Positions 31,421 through 47,832 are shown, numbered from the stretch's first letter. The stretch: DNA of 64,000 nt from Fodinicola feengrottensis (GCF_010993775.1 NZ_WOTO01000006.1:79273-143272); one strand, 5' to 3'. The notes: generated by a model not told the origin, from the sequence alone. Numbers and translations: made by a program.

Positions 31421-32579
31421 CTACTGCTGTTTCTTGGCGGCTGGCACGGCTTCCAGGCCGCGCGGGGTCGCGTCCGAAGACGAGGACGCCTCCGGAGCGG
31501 CATTCGACGACGGCAGGCCTTTCTTCACCGAGTCCAGGATCGCCAGACCCTGACCCACCAGGCCGGCGGCGATTTCACCGAGGCCGTCGGCGCCGTTGAG
31601 GATGTTCACGTTGGCGCCGGAAAGGCCCTGAGCGGCCTCCCGTACGAGCAGGGGAAGCTGATCAATGAGCATCCGGTCCAGCGCGACCCGGTTGTGCGAG
31701 GCCGCCGCCTCGGCCTGGATGCGGATGCGCTCGGCGTCCGCCTGAGCCAGAATGCGGACCCGTTCGGCTTCGGCCTCAGCCGGTTTGACGACCTCGGAAA
31801 TGAGCTGTTGCTGGCGCAGCTCGGCGGCGCGCTGGGCCAACTCGGTCTGTGCCTGCAGGACCTGGCGCTGTGCCTGTGCCTGCGCCAACGGGCCGGCCTG
31901 GGCCGACTCGGCCTGTGCCTTGTCCACCTCGGCCTTGTACTGCGCCTGGACGACCGCGGTCTGCCGCGAGTATTCGGCCTGGTTGCGCTGCGCCTGCTGC
32001 TCGGCCTCGACGGAGAGCTGGTTGGCCTGCGCTTGCGCGACCTTTGCCCGCTGCTGGATCGCCGCGTTGTGCGGTGCCGCCATCGCGGCGATGTATCCCA
32101 GCTTCATGTCGTCGATCGACTGAATCTGCAGTGAGTCGACCGAAAGACCGATCTTCGCCATTTCCGCCTTGGAGCCGTCCAGCACCTCGGTGGCGAGTTT
32201 CTGCCGCTCGGTGACGATTTCCTCGACGGTCATCGAGCCGACGATCGAGCGCAGGTGACCGGAGAAGATCCGGCCCGTCAGCACCGACATCTGGTCCTGG
32301 TCGGAGAGGAACCGCTGCGCGGCATTGACGATGCTTTCGTCGTCGTTTCCGACTTTGAAGGCGATAACGGCCCGCACCTGCAGCGCGATGCCCTGTTTCG
32401 TGACGCAGTTTTCGGCGACCTCGGCCTCGTTCATGGACAGCGTGAGGTAGCGAACTTTACGAAAAACTGGCATGGCGAAGGTGCCGTGCCCGGTGACCAC
32501 CCGGAACGGTGTGCCGGCCCGGCCGCGTGCGCCGGAGATCAGCATCGCCTGGTCAGGCCTTGGAACGTGATAGCCGAAC
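31421..32579 (-). CDS. SPFH/band-7 family protein (flotillin-like)
   Basis: N-terminal SPFH domain (MMFGYHVPRPDQAMLISG...), then a long Ala/Gln/Glu-rich coiled coil typical of bacterial flotillins. SD aggaga precedes tandem ATGs. Confidence 0.85.
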
Positions 32580-32589
32580 ATCATCTCTC

Positions 32590-32823
32590 CTAATCCACCA
32601 CGCTCGGATCGTGTGGGGACCACTCCACCACGTGAACCGTCCGGGCGCCCCGTGATTCGACAACTAACACTCTTGCACCTTTTGGCAAGGGCGCGTCGGT
32701 CCAAGCGATGAAAGTCTCTGTCCCGCCGCGAATTCTAATGAGCACTTCACCGGCTCCCTCGGCGCCACGGCTGGCCAGGATCAACCTTCCCGTCCGTCCC
32801 ACGGGCGAGTCGCCACTGCTCAT
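32590..32823 (-). CDS. NfeD-like C-terminal OB-fold domain protein
   Basis: A 78-aa product ...GRLILASRGAEGAGEVLIRIRGGTETFIAWTDAPLPKGARVLVVESRGARTVHVVEW sitting immediately upstream of the flotillin gene, as in nfeD-flotillin pairs. Confidence 0.45.
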   Translation of the reverse strand: MSSGDSPVGRTGRLILASRGAEGAGEVLIRIRGGTETFIAWTDAPLPKGARVLVVESRGARTVHVVEWSPHDPSVVD

Positions 32824-32828
32824 GTTTC

Positions 32829-35044
32829 TCAGTCTGCCTCGGCGACCGGCCGATGGCGCAGCCAGACGGTGCCCAAAGGCGGCAGCTGTACGGCCGCCGA
32901 AGCCGGCATCGCGTGCCATGGCTCGGCTTGGGCCAGCACACCGCCGAGATTTCCCACCCCGGAACCGCAGTAGTGGCCGGCGTCGGTGTTCAGCACCTCG
33001 TCCCAGCGGCCGGTCAGCGGCAACCCGAGGCGGTAGTCATTGTGCGGCACACCGGCGAAGTTCGCCACGCACACCAACGTCGAATCGGCCGCATATCGTA
33101 CGAACGAGAGCACATTGCCGAGCGAGTCATTCGCGTCGATCCAGGCAAAACCGGAGGGGTCGGTGTCTCGCTCCCACAGCGCGGAGGTTTCCTTGTAGAC
33201 ACCGTTGAGATCCCGTACGAGATGCTGGACGCCGGCGTGGTCCGCGTTCTCCAGCAGCCACCAGTCCAGCGACCGGCCTTCGGCCCATTCCGATTCCTGA
33301 GCGAACTCGCTGCCCATGAAGAGCAGCTGTTTGCCGGGATGCGCCCACATGTACGCGAGCAGCGCCCGCACGTTCGCCAGTTGCTGCCAGCGGTCGCCGG
33401 GCATTTTCCGCAGCAGTGAACCTTTTCCGTGCACGACCTCGTCGTGGCTGATCGGCAGCACGAAGTTCTCGCTGTACGCGTACATCATCGAGAAGGTCAT
33501 CTCGTGATGGTGATACTGCCTGTACACCGGTTCGTGCGACAAATACGACAGGGTGTCGTGCATCCAGCCCATGTTCCATTTGAAGCCGAATCCGAGGCCG
33601 CCGAGGTGGGTGGGCCGGGTGACGCCCGGCCAGGCGGTGGATTCCTCCGCGATCATCACCGCACCGGGATGCTCGCGGTAAAGAGTCGCATTGACTTCCT
33701 TGAGGAATTCCACGGATTCCAGGTTCTCCCGGCCGCCTATTTGTTCGGCACCCACTCGCCGTCCTGCCGGGAGTAGTCCAGGTAGAGCATCGAGGCCACC
33801 GCGTCGACTCGGAGGCCGTCGATGTGGAACTCACTCATCCAGTAAAGCGCGTTGGCGACCAGGAAGTTGCGCACCTCGTGCCGGCCGACGTCGAAGACGT
33901 ACGTGCCCCAGTCCGGCTGTTCGCCGCGCCGCGGGTCGGCATGCTCGTACAACGCCGTGCCATCGAAGCGGGCCAGCGACCACTCGTCCTTGGGAAAGTG
34001 CGCGGGCACCCAGTCCACGATCACGCCGATGCCGGCCTCGTGCAGTTGGTCGACGAGATAGCGAAAGTCGTCGGGCGAGCCGAAACGCGAGGTCGGCGCA
34101 TAGTACGAGGAAACCTGATATCCCCACGAGCCGCCGAAAGGATGCTCGGCGACCGGCAGGAGCTCCACGTGCGTGAAGCCGGTTTCGGTGACGTACGAGA
34201 CAAGTTCGGTGGCCAGCTCGCGATAACTGAGGCCCTGTCGCCAAGATCCGAGATGCACTTCGTAGATGCTCATCGGGCTGGCGTGCCAGGCCGTCTCGGC
34301 GCGTTTGGCGACCCAGTCGGCGTCGGTCCACACATAGTCCGACTCATTGACCTTGGACGCGGTGCTGGGTGGGATCTCGGTGGCGAAGGCGAGCGGGTCG
34401 GCTTTTTCCCGCCAGACACCGTCACGGCCCAGAATCTGGTATTTGTACAGCGCGCCAGCTCGCACCGCGGGCAGGAAAAGCTCCCAGACTCCGGAGGAGC
34501 CGAGCACTCGCATGGGCAGCGCTTTGCCGTCCCAGAAAGAGAAGTCGCCGGTTATCCGGACGCCCTGCGCGTTGGGCGCCCACACCGCGAAAGACGTGCC
34601 GGTGACCGGCCCGGAGGCGGTTTCGTACGTCCGCACATGGGCGCCGAGCACGGTCCACAGTTTTTCGTGCCGACCCTCACCGATCAGGTGCAGGTCGAGC
34701 TCGCCGAGGGTGGGCAGCCAGCGGTACGGGTCGTCCTCGATATAAACCTCGTCGGCCGTGCTGACCGACAGCCGGTAGTCGCCGAGCGCACCGTCCACTG
34801 TGGTCTGGAAAATCCCGCCACCGTGCACCCGATGCATCGGCACCCGCGATCCGGCCGCGACCAGCACGACTTGTTCCGCGTACGGCCGCAAAGCCCGTAC
34901 CACGGTCCGGCCGTTCTCCAGGGGGTGCGCGCCCAGCACCGCATGCGGGTCGTGGTGTGCGCCGCCGATCAACCGGTCCAGCTCCACCCGGTCCGGGATC
35001 GGCCCAGTCTCTGCTGTTTTCGCCTCTAGATCCGCGTCGCTCAT
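32829..35044 (-). CDS. glgB: 1,4-alpha-glucan branching enzyme (frameshift near 33745)
   Basis: Full-length GlgB across ORFs 33737..35044 and 32829..33755. N-terminal CBM48 and a GH13 catalytic core (...[21 protein letters not shown]..., ...[17 protein letters not shown]...). Confidence 0.9.
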
Positions 35045-36487
35045 CGCTGCGAGTCCGCTCCGTCGCTGGCCAGCCGGGCCACCGACCCGAGCGGGATCGG
35101 CAGCCAGGTCGGCCGGTTGTTGTGTTCGTACGCGACCTCGTAAACGGCCTTGTCCAGCTCCAGCGCCCGAAGCAGCGCCGGCTGCTCACGCGGATCCAGG
35201 CCCACACTCGCATATCCGTCGCAAAAAGCGCCGCGGTTGCGCTCGGCCCATTCGTTCGCGCGGTAGTCCAGTTGCGGGTCCGGCGCCAGGCCGACCAGCA
35301 AATGCCTTGCCGCGTAGTCAAAAGAACGCAACATGCCGGCCACGTCCTGCAGCGGCGACATGTACGCGCTGCGTTCGGGCAGCGGCCGGGCCGGCTCGCC
35401 CTCGAAGTCGATCAGGACCCAGCCGTTCAGCGTTCGCAACACCTGGCCCAGGTGCAGGTCGCCGTGAATGCGTTGCACCGCAATGGGATAGCCCACCGTG
35501 AGCAGCGCGTCGTACGCGGAATGCAGCGGCCCGGCGTAGTCCGCGAGCTCGGCGATGGTGGCGACCATCTTGTCCAGCCGCCGATGCATGGTGGCGACCG
35601 TACGCTCCAGGCCGGCCCGGTCCAGCTGTGCGGTTCCCAACGACAGAGCCAAATCGTGGTGCACGTTCGCGACCGCCTCGCCGAGCCGATACGCCTCTGA
35701 CGCGAAGTCGCCGCCGACCTCGCTGGCGTGCAAATCGGCCTCGCCAATCAGGTCGCGAACGCTGCCCTCGGCCATCGCCCAGCCGTCCGCGGTGTTGTCC
35801 AGGAAGTCCTGCAGCATCCCGTACGTGACCGGTTTTCCGTCCAGGTCACCGGAAATGCTGCCCAGCGGGTTCGCGATGTGGGTGCTGCCCACGTCCCGCA
35901 GCGCCCGGTGCAGTTCGACGTCGGCGGACAGTCCGGGGCTGATTCGCCGGAACAGCTTCAGAATGTAGAGGTTGCCGAAAATCAGCGAGGTGTTGCTTTG
36001 CTCGGTGGTCACCGGCCGGCTGGACAGCCCGGTTTCCAGCTCAACCCCAGGCTCCGCCGCGAAAGTCAGCTCGTCGGTGTGCGCGCCAGCGGCGATCAGC
36101 TCGACCAGCCGACCGGCCAGGTCCGGGTCGAGCACCGCGTCGTACGCGACCGCCTTGCCGTGCGGTCCTTGCACGGTCCCGATCCTGCCGTGTTCCAGGT
36201 ATTCCGGCAGGCTCCGGCGCACCCCCACCAACAACTGGTAGAGAGGTGCTCGCCATCGGCCTGGTCGACGGCCACCAGCAGGTGTTCCAGCTGCGGCTCG
36301 CCGTCCTGCAGGGTGTACGTCCGAATGGGCCGTACGCCCGCGATTTCCTGGCCCTTGCTGCCGAACCAGCGCTGGGCTGGCAGCCAGTCGGCCAGTGGGC
36401 CGACCAGTTGCGCGCCCAGGTCGTCGACCAGCCGGGCCGAGCTCGCGCTCGGGGTGGCTGGCGATTTCTTCGCTGGTTCGGGGGAAG

Positions 36488-36490
<3 letters not shown>
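35041..36490 (-). CDS. pep2: maltokinase (maltose-1-phosphate-forming; frameshift near 36235)
   Basis: N-terminal cap domain (...[20 protein letters not shown]...) in the 36096..38120 frame. The aminoglycoside-phosphotransferase-like kinase domain is in ORF 35041..36234. Start overlaps the treS stop. Confidence 0.8.
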
Positions 36491-38356
<1,866 letters not shown>

Positions 38357-38388
38357 TACCTCTGGAATAGGGGCTGGGCGGGGAGACT

Positions 38389-40393
<2,005 letters not shown>

Positions 40394-40655
40394 CGCCCGT
40401 CACCGTAGCCGTATGTCTTTATCGGCTTGAAGGCAACACCGCCTGTTCGACCTGTGCTTGGCGGGCCGCCTCGACACCGGATTTCTTGGTCGATCAAGAA
40501 CATCTTCGATCCTAACCCCGCCGTCGTACGGTCGCACGACGTGCGGTCGCGCCGGCCAGATCGCCGAACCGGACGGGATGATCCCGTACCGACATTTTGG
40601 ACAGGTGGGCGGTCCCTGATCGGTGCAGTGGCAGCTCTCGGTATCTTCGCCCAGG

Positions 40656-43189
40656 TGAAAGCACTTCGCCGATTCACTGTCCGTGCCGCCCTGCCAGCGC
40701 CGCTCGCGCCGCTCTCCGAGCTGGTGATGAACCTGCGCTGGGCGTGGCACACCGAGACGACCGACCTGTTCGCCGCCGTCGACCCGCAGCTGTGGCAGAC
40801 GGTGGCCGGGGACCCGGTCCGGCTGCTCGGGGAGGTCAGCGCCGAGCGGCTGGGACGCGCTCGCCCGCGACGGCGCCTTCATCGCGCAGCTGAACGCCGT
40901 CCACGCCGACTTACAGGGCTACCTCAGCGAGCCGCGCTGGTATCAGTCGATGGCCGGGGTGCCCGGCTCGATCGCCTACTTCTCGCCGGAATTCGGCATC
41001 ACCGAGGTGCTGCCGCAGTATTCCGGTGGCCTCGGGATCCTCGCCGGTGACCACCTGAAGGCGGCCAGTGACCTGGGCGTACCGATCCTCGGGGTGGGTC
41101 TGCTCTATCACGCGGGCTACTTCACCCAGTCCCTGTCACCGGACGGCTGGCAGGAGGAGCACTACCCGTCGCTGGACCCCAACGGCCTGCCGCTGGCGCT
41201 GCTGCGCAACCCCGACGGCACGCCGTTGGAGATCTCGGTCGGGCTGCCGGACGGGCAGACCCTCGGCGCGCAGATCTGGCAGGCCCAGGTCGGCCGCGTG
41301 CCCCTGCTCCTTATGGACGCCGACATCGAGTCCAACGACCCGTCCATCCGGGCCATCACCGACCGCTTGTACGGCGGCGGCGCGGAGCACCGGCTGCGGC
41401 AGGAGCTGCTGCTGGGCATCGGTGGTGTACGGGCCGTACGCGCCTATTGCCACCTGACCGGCGCGGTCGAGCCGGAGGTTTACCACACCAACGAGGGCCA
41501 CGCCGGCTTCCAGGGCCTGGAGCGGATCCGCGAGCTGGTCGCCGGTGCCGGCCTGTCCTTCGACGACGCCCTGCAGGCCGTACGCGCCGGCACGGTGTTC
41601 ACCACACACACGCCCGTACCAGCCGGCATCGACCGCTTCCCGCGTACGCTCATCGAGCACACCTTCGGCGGCGACAACGCGTCGCCGGGCGTACCAGTGG
41701 ACCGGATCCTGGCGCTGGGCGCCGAGGACGACCCGGGTGTGTTCAACATGGCGCACATGGGGCTGCGGCTCGGCCAGCGCGCGAACGGCGTTTCCAAACT
41801 CCACGGGCACGTCAGCCGGGAGATGTTCTCCGCACTGTGGCCCGGTTTCGGCTCGGTGGACGTACCGATCAGCTCGGTTACCAACGGCGTACACGCGCCG
41901 TCGTGGGTGGCCCGTGAGATCACCGAACTGCTCGGCGTCGGCCCCCAGTCCACCTGGGAGATCGTCGGTGAGCTGCCGGCGGACCGGCTCTGGGCGATCC
42001 GCCGGGAGCTGCGCGGCCGCCTCGTCGACGAGGTCCGTCGCCGGGTGCACCACTCGATGGTGCACCGCGGACACACCGAGGCCGAGCTCGGCTGGGTGCA
42101 GAACGTCTTCGACCCGGACGTGCTGACCATTGGGTTCGCCCGCCGGGTGCCGTCGTACAAGCGGCTGACCATGATGCTGCGCGACCCGGCCCGGCTGCGG
42201 GCCATGCTGACCGACCCCGAGCGGCCGATCCAGATCGTCATCGCCGGCAAGTCGCACCCGGCCGACGAGGGTGGCAAGCACCTGATCCAGCAGATGGTGC
42301 AGTTCGCCGACGACCCGGCCGTCCGCAACCGGATCGTCTTCCTGCCCGACTACGACATCGGCATGGCGCAGTTCCTCTACGCCGGTTGCGATGTGTGGCT
42401 GAACAACCCGCTGCGGCCGCTGGAGGCGTGCGGCACGTCCGGCATGAAGTCGGCGCTCAACGGTGGCCTGAACCTGTCCATCCGGGACGGCTGGTGGGGA
42501 CGAGATGTACGACGGCGGCAACGGGTGGGCCATCCCGACCGCCGACGGCATCGCCGACCCGGACCGCCGCGACGACCTGGAGGCCGCCGCCTTCTATGAC
42601 CTGGTCGAGCAGCACGTACGGGCGCGTTTCTACGACCGCGGCGCCGACGGCGTGCCCAAGAGCTGGATCGACATGGTCCGGCACACCCTGAAGTCGCTCG
42701 GCCCGCTGGTCCAGGCGACCCGGATGGTGCGTGACTACGTCGAGGAGCTCTACACCCCCGGCGGGTGCGGCGGCCGGACGGCTCGCTGCTTCTTCTTATG
42801 AAGGTGCTCGCGAGCTGGCCGGCTGGTACGGCCGAATCCGGGCCGGCTGGGACTCCGTACGCGTCGCGCACGTGGACGCCAGTGGCACCGGCGACACCCC
42901 GCAGCTGGGCGCGAGCATGCACCTGCGTGCCGAGGTGGTGCTCGGGCCGTTGTCGCCGTCGGACGTGACCGTGCAGGCCTGCTACGGCCGGGTCGATGCG
43001 ACTGAGGAACTGCACGACGTGACCTGTGTGGAGATGAGCCACACCGGCGATGGCGACGAGTTCACCATCTTCGACGGTGACGTGCCGCTGCAGCGAGCCG
43101 GCGCTTTCGGCTACACCGTACGAGTGCTCCCGCGGCACGAGTTGCTGTCGTCGTCCGCCGAGCCAGGCCTGGTCGTACTCGCCTCATAG
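40656..43189 (+). CDS. glgP: alpha-glucan (glycogen) phosphorylase, actinobacterial long form (several frameshifts)
   Basis: Pieced together from ORFs 40427.., 40950..42599, 42505.. and 42731..43189. Contains ...AYFSPEFGITEVLPQYSGGLGILAGDHLKAASDLGVP... and ...ACGTSGMKSALNGGLNLSIRDGWW... (PLP-site region). Confidence 0.85.
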
Positions 43190-43195
43190 CCGCAC

Positions 43196-43232
43196 TGGCG
43201 GGGTGGCCGAGGTGGTCGCCCCCGCTAGTTTT
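43196..43232. terminator. putative bidirectional terminator between convergent glgP (+) and a hypothetical gene (-)
   Basis: Hairpin gcgggg...ccccgc followed by tagttttcc, in the 35-bp gap after the glgP stop. Confidence 0.35.
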
Positions 43233-44155
43233 CCTTCTTGGAACGGCCGGGGCCGAAGATGCGGTCGATGTCGTCGAGCGCGGCCTGCAGGCCCGGCGGG
43301 GTGATGAACCGAAAGTAGATCGTCTTGGACCGGAGAATCCGCTCGGGATCGGCGTCGAACGGCCCCTCATGGCCGACCGTACTGATCTCGACGCCCCAAT
43401 GCTCCACGTCGCCGTAGTAGTCGCCGCGGCAAACCAGCCCGAGCATCTGCCGGACTGACTCGGGGTCGTGCTCGGTCGACTTCGCGATCTTGCTGATGCT
43501 CGTCCGCCACGGCTGGTGGGCGGCGCTGCGCCGGCGGTCCTGTAGCTCCCAGAAGGCGGAGGTCACGTCGGCGAGGGCGAGGGCCCAGCGGGTCTTCGCG
43601 TCGTCCTGGAGCCAGTCGTCGGACAGCGTGAGGACTTCGTCGGGATGCGGCAGGAACTTCTCCGTACGCCATTTCTCGGACGGTTTGCCGCGGTTGGTCA
43701 CCGTCAGCAGGCCGAGCATCTCCATGGTGTCGGCGAGGTCTCACCGTGACCGGGACCGGGTATCCGCTGGTCTCCAGGGCGGCGATGCAGACGTCCCGGC
43801 GCCAGGCGCGCTCCTTGGCGGTGGCCCCGACGATGTGGCCCGGTCTGGCCTCATAGGGCTCGCCCCAGGTCACCTCGGCGTCCATCCCACCGGTCCGCCG
43901 GTCGAAAGTGCCCTGGTCAAGGGTGAGCACGAGGTAGTCCAGCGAGCCGGTCAGGTCGCGGCGGCCGGCGTTCAGCGCGATCATCCGCAGCTGGTCGCCC
44001 TGGGTGGGCAGCAGCCGGAACCACCCCGAGTCGAACCACTCGTCGTCGTGCCACACCATGTCGTACTCGGCCACCGTCGCCTCCCCTCGCCTGCCCCCAT
44101 TGTTCCAGTCCGAGCCGACATCGGCTCGATCCAGCGCAGGTGATCCTGGCGCCAA
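43225..44155 (-). CDS. hypothetical protein(s): either one roughly 290-aa gene with a frameshift near 43740, or two overlapping genes (ORFs 43367..44155 and 43225..43725)
   Basis: The upstream part (...VAEYDMVWHDDEWFDSGWFRLLPTQGDQ...) and the downstream part (MEMLGLLTVTNRGKPSEKWRTEKFLPHPDE...IFGPGRSKKEN*) both have protein-like composition. Only the continuation of the first frame is junk. No family recognised. Confidence 0.35.
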
Positions 44156-44200
44156 TTTCCGCCGCCCGTACTCCGGCGGAGAGTTGTGGCGTGCGCGGAG

Positions 44201-44712
44201 TTAAGGGGCGGCGGCGCCGGTGGCGCGTTTGATGGTGGACGGCGCTTGGCGACGTCGGCGGCGAGGCCGGAGAAGGTGGTGATGCCGCGAGTGCGCTCGG
44301 CCACCGGGAACCGGGAGATCCGCTCGCGGGCGAACCGGTCGCGTACGGCACTCCAGGCCTCGCGCTCGGCCACGTGCGGGTGCAGCTCCCGCAGCACGGT
44401 GATGATCTCGACCATCGCCCGCTCGTCCCGCAGCACCCGGGCGCCCAGCGGTACGACCAGCAGGATGTGGCCGGCCAGCAGGCCGAGGATCGCGGCCACC
44501 ACCGCGATGATGGCGACCGTGGGAGAGGACAGGACGGCTGCCGCGACCGCGATCACCGCGCCGGCCAGCAACACCAGGATCTGCAGCATCCGCGCCTCGC
44601 CGACCCGGTGCCGGCCGCGGTCCACTCCGGACAGCAGTTGTTCGGCGACCCGCAGTGCCTGGTCGAAGTCGTCGCCGGTGGCCGGGCCCCGATTGGGCGC
44701 GTCCGGTTTCAC
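44201..44712 (-). CDS. small membrane protein of unknown function
   Basis: GTG start overlaps the upstream GTPase stop (GTGA). Central hydrophobic hairpin ILVLLAGAVIAVAAAVLSSPTVAIIAVVAAILGLLAGHILLVV. Stop assigned manually at about 44201. Confidence 0.4.
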
Positions 44713-45578
44713 AGGAACCTCCCCAAGACGGTGAAGAACTGGTTGCGTACGGCCGCGGCCTGGGCGGCGTCGAACTGGTGCCGCTGTTTGGCAAGGCCCA
44801 CCCCGAAATCGTGGTCCTTGGAATAGGAGCTGATCGGTACGACGGCGAGCCGCACACGTCGTTTTTTCCCGTCCGCGGTCAGCCCACGCAGCACCTCACC
44901 GAAAGGTGAATCCGCGGTCGGGTGGCCGGGCACCGGAATGTAGTACTCCCTCGCGGCCGCGATCTCCGACCAGAAAAGGTCGCATTTGCCGACCGCGACA
45001 ATCAGCCAGCGAAGCCGCTCCAGCGCTCCGGAGATGGCGAGTTTCTCTGCCAGCACACGGAAGTCGGCCAGCTCGCCGGCCAGATGCCAGGCTCGTACGG
45101 ACGCGTCGTCCAGCGGCTCGCCGCTGGCTGTGATCTCGTCCAGCATGGTGGCCCGGTTGCCGGCGTTCCACGGGGTGTTGTAACCCCAGCACACGGTGTG
45201 GATGATGCCGACCGGCCCGCTGCCGGTGGCGAGCAGCTCGTCGAAAGCCGCCGCCTGGTTGTTGGATCGCTGGCCGGGCACCACAATCACCGAGGACCGC
45301 TGCGAAGTGGCCCCCGTGCGTACCAGCGTGCGATGTTTTTCCCTGTTATGGCTCTGACCCGGCGGCCGGTAGTCCGGTCCGATCCGGTTCACGATCGAGT
45401 CGTAGAGAACGGTCTTGCCGGCCCCGGGTTGGCCGGTGATAGCGATGGGATTGTCGGTACGGCCGAACCGCACCTTCCTGAGCTCGACACTCGCGTTCGC
45501 CGAGGGGTCAGGCTGGTCGCCGAGTTGCTCGGCTTCCGCCCATGTTGTGCTTACGTCTTCCCAGAAATCAGCGGTCAC
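44709..45578 (-). CDS. P-loop GTPase-like protein of unknown function (Ras-like G-motifs)
   Basis: G1 ITGQPGAGKTVLYDSI and a G4-like LIVAVGKCDLF (NKxD variant). 289 aa. GTG start with GGAGG 4 nt upstream. First gene of a 3-gene minus-strand operon. Confidence 0.5.
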   Translation of the reverse strand: MTADFWEDVSTTWAEAEQLGDQPDPSANASVELRKVRFGRTDNPIAITGQPGAGKTVLYDSIVNRIGPDYRPPGQSHNREKHRTLVRTGATSQRSSVIVVPGQRSNNQAAAFDELLATGSGPVGIIHTVCWGYNTPWNAGNRATMLDEITASGEPLDDASVRAWHLAGELADFRVLAEKLAISGALERLRWLIVAVGKCDLFWSEIAAAREYYIPVPGHPTADSPFGEVLRGLTADGKKRRVRLAVVPISSYSKDHDFGVGLAKQRHQFDAAQAAAVRNQFFTVLGRFL

Positions 45579-45720
45579 GCCACCTCCGCCGTGTCAGTAG
45601 CTGCGTACCGGGCGACACGATACGGCATCGCCGCGTGCGGGCCGCCGGGAGAGCACCCATTGCCCACATTCATGAACACGAGGCGAGCACTGGGTTTGCG
45701 GTGGCGCTACTGTCGCGACC

Positions 45721-46245
45721 ATGGTGTTTCCAGCCGTACGTCTAACCGGGTGCTTTCCTGAGCTCTTCGGTTTCGTGCTCCTTGATCCGGCCCGGCTCGA
45801 CCGGGCCTGCGGCGGCCACGCCGCCGGCCGGGACGTGTTGTCCCTGTTCGACGCGACCGACCTTGGCGAGCGGGTCGTACGGGACGGGGTGGCGTTGCCG
45901 ATGTCCGGCGTCGACACCGGCTATTACACGGTCATCGTCCGGCACGCCGACGATGCGGCGCTGCCGTACGCGCCGAGATTTTCCTCGCCCGGCTGGGTCC
46001 TGGGCACCGAGAGCGGATACCTGGTCTTTTGCGGTGCCGGTTATCTGACCCGGTGGGACCCGCGGCACCCGAAGAACCGCGCGGTGGGGGTGCCGGGCGG
46101 CTGGTACGAGGTGGAGGTCCGCGGCTACTCGTTCCGGCAGGGTTCTGATGATGCGGCGTACGAATTCATCCTTACCCCGGTGCCCACGCAGCCGGCGCTC
46201 GCGGCCCGCCGGGACCAGAACTTCGCCGTCCTCAACCCGTCCTGA
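45721..46245 (+). CDS. hypothetical protein
   Basis: A 174-aa ORF with balanced composition (...GYYTVIVRHADDAALPYAPRFSSPGWVLGTESGYLVFCGAGYLTRWDP...), divergent from the GTPase operon. No family recognised. Confidence 0.35.
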   Translation: MVFPAVRLTGCFPELFGFVLLDPARLDRACGGHAAGRDVLSLFDATDLGERVVRDGVALPMSGVDTGYYTVIVRHADDAALPYAPRFSSPGWVLGTESGYLVFCGAGYLTRWDPRHPKNRAVGVPGGWYEVEVRGYSFRQGSDDAAYEFILTPVPTQPALAARRDQNFAVLNPS

Positions 46246-47832
46246 TCGACTCGCGGCGCACTACCCGACCGTCCCGCACGTCGAGAATCTCCTGAAACAG
46301 AGCCGCATCCAGATCGTGGGTGGCCACCACCAGGGCGCGGTCGTGGGTGGCTTCGACGATGCTCGCCAGCACCTCGGCGGCGGTGGCCCGGTCCAGTCCT
46401 TCGGTGGGCTCGTCCAGGACCAGCAGCGGCGCGTCGGACAGCAGAGCCCGAGCCAGCAGCAGCCGCTGGCGCTGCCCGCCGGAGAGCCGGCCGCCGTCCT
46501 CACCCACCACGGTGTCCAGACCGGCCGGCAGGGTTTCCAGCCATGGCCCCAATCCGGCCCTGTGCAGCGCCTCGGTGACCTCGTCGTCGCCGGCCACCGG
46601 TCGGGCGATCAGCAGGTTGGCCCGAACGCTGCGATGGAAGACGTGCGAGTCGGCCAGTACGCCCCGGCAGCTGGCCGCGAGGTCCGCTGGCCCGACCGGT
46701 CGCCCGCCGGCGATCATCGTGCCAGCGGTCGGCGCGAGCTGGCCGGCGATCAGCTTCAACAGGGTGGTTTTCCCGGCACCGCTGGGCCCAACGAGGGCTA
46801 CCCGCCGCCCCGGCCACAGGTCGAGGTCGACCCCGGACAGCACATCCCCGCTCCCGTATCCACAGTGGACACTGCGCAGCCGAAGCGTACGTACCGTGCC
46901 CTGGACTGCTTTGGGCTGTTCGTCAGGAGAAACGTCGAAGAGCGAGCCGACTCGGCCGAGCGAGCGGATCGAGCGGTGCCAGTACGCGGCCGCGTCGACC
47001 AGCGGCAGCGCCGATCCGACCGCGCCGAACGCGGCCATCGCGAGGGCCGCCGCGACCGGCCCGGTGACCCGAGTGAAGGACAGGACCGCGACCGCGCCGG
47101 TCGCCGGCAGGAAAAGTCCGGCCGCGGCCGGACCGGCCGCTGACTTTTCGTTACCCGCCAGCCGGATTCCGAGCAGGTGGGTGTGCCGAAGAAGCCACGG
47201 CCAAGCACCGGCGGCGGTCAGGTCGGCGGCTCCGTGCAGCTGGTCGGCCACCGCCGCGGCCAGCTCGCCACGTAGTGGCGCGAGCCGTTTGGCCGTACGA
47301 CGGCTGACAAAGGCGGCCGACAACGGTGGGCCCAGCCAGGCCAGGAGCACCACGATCGCGGCCGCGAGGCCGGCCGCGGGGTCGACCACCGCGATGCCGG
47401 TCACCACCGCGGCACCGGTGCCCACCGCCGTGATACCCGGCAGGAGGCAGCGCACCAACAGATCCTGGCCGGCGTCCACATCGGACACCAGCCGGCTCAG
47501 CAGGTCGCCGCTGGCCAGCCGCGCGCGACCTTCGACCAGCCCGCCGAAGAGCAGTCCGCGCAGCCCGGCCACCATCCGCAGGGCCACGTCGTGTCCGCGC
47601 AGCCTTTCCACGTATCGCAGCGTTCCGCGCCCCAGAGCCAGCGCGCGTACACCCACGATGGCGACCGCGAGGACGGCGAGCGACGGGCGCCGCGCCGCCT
47701 CGCAGAGCAGCCAGGTCGCGGTGCTCAGCAACCCGATGCTGGCGAGTTCTCCAGCCACCCCGGCGATACCGGCCGGTGCCAGCGCGCGGCCAAGCCCGGG
47801 CATCGCCGATCTGATCAGCCCAGACGTACGCA
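46232..47832 (-). CDS. cydC: thiol reductant ABC exporter subunit CydC
   Basis: N-terminal TMD from MRTSGLIRSAMPG. C-terminal NBD with GPSGAGKTTL, LSGGQRQRL, LLVLDEPTEGLD. The upstream part of ORF 46232..48271 is read-through. Confidence 0.8.
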
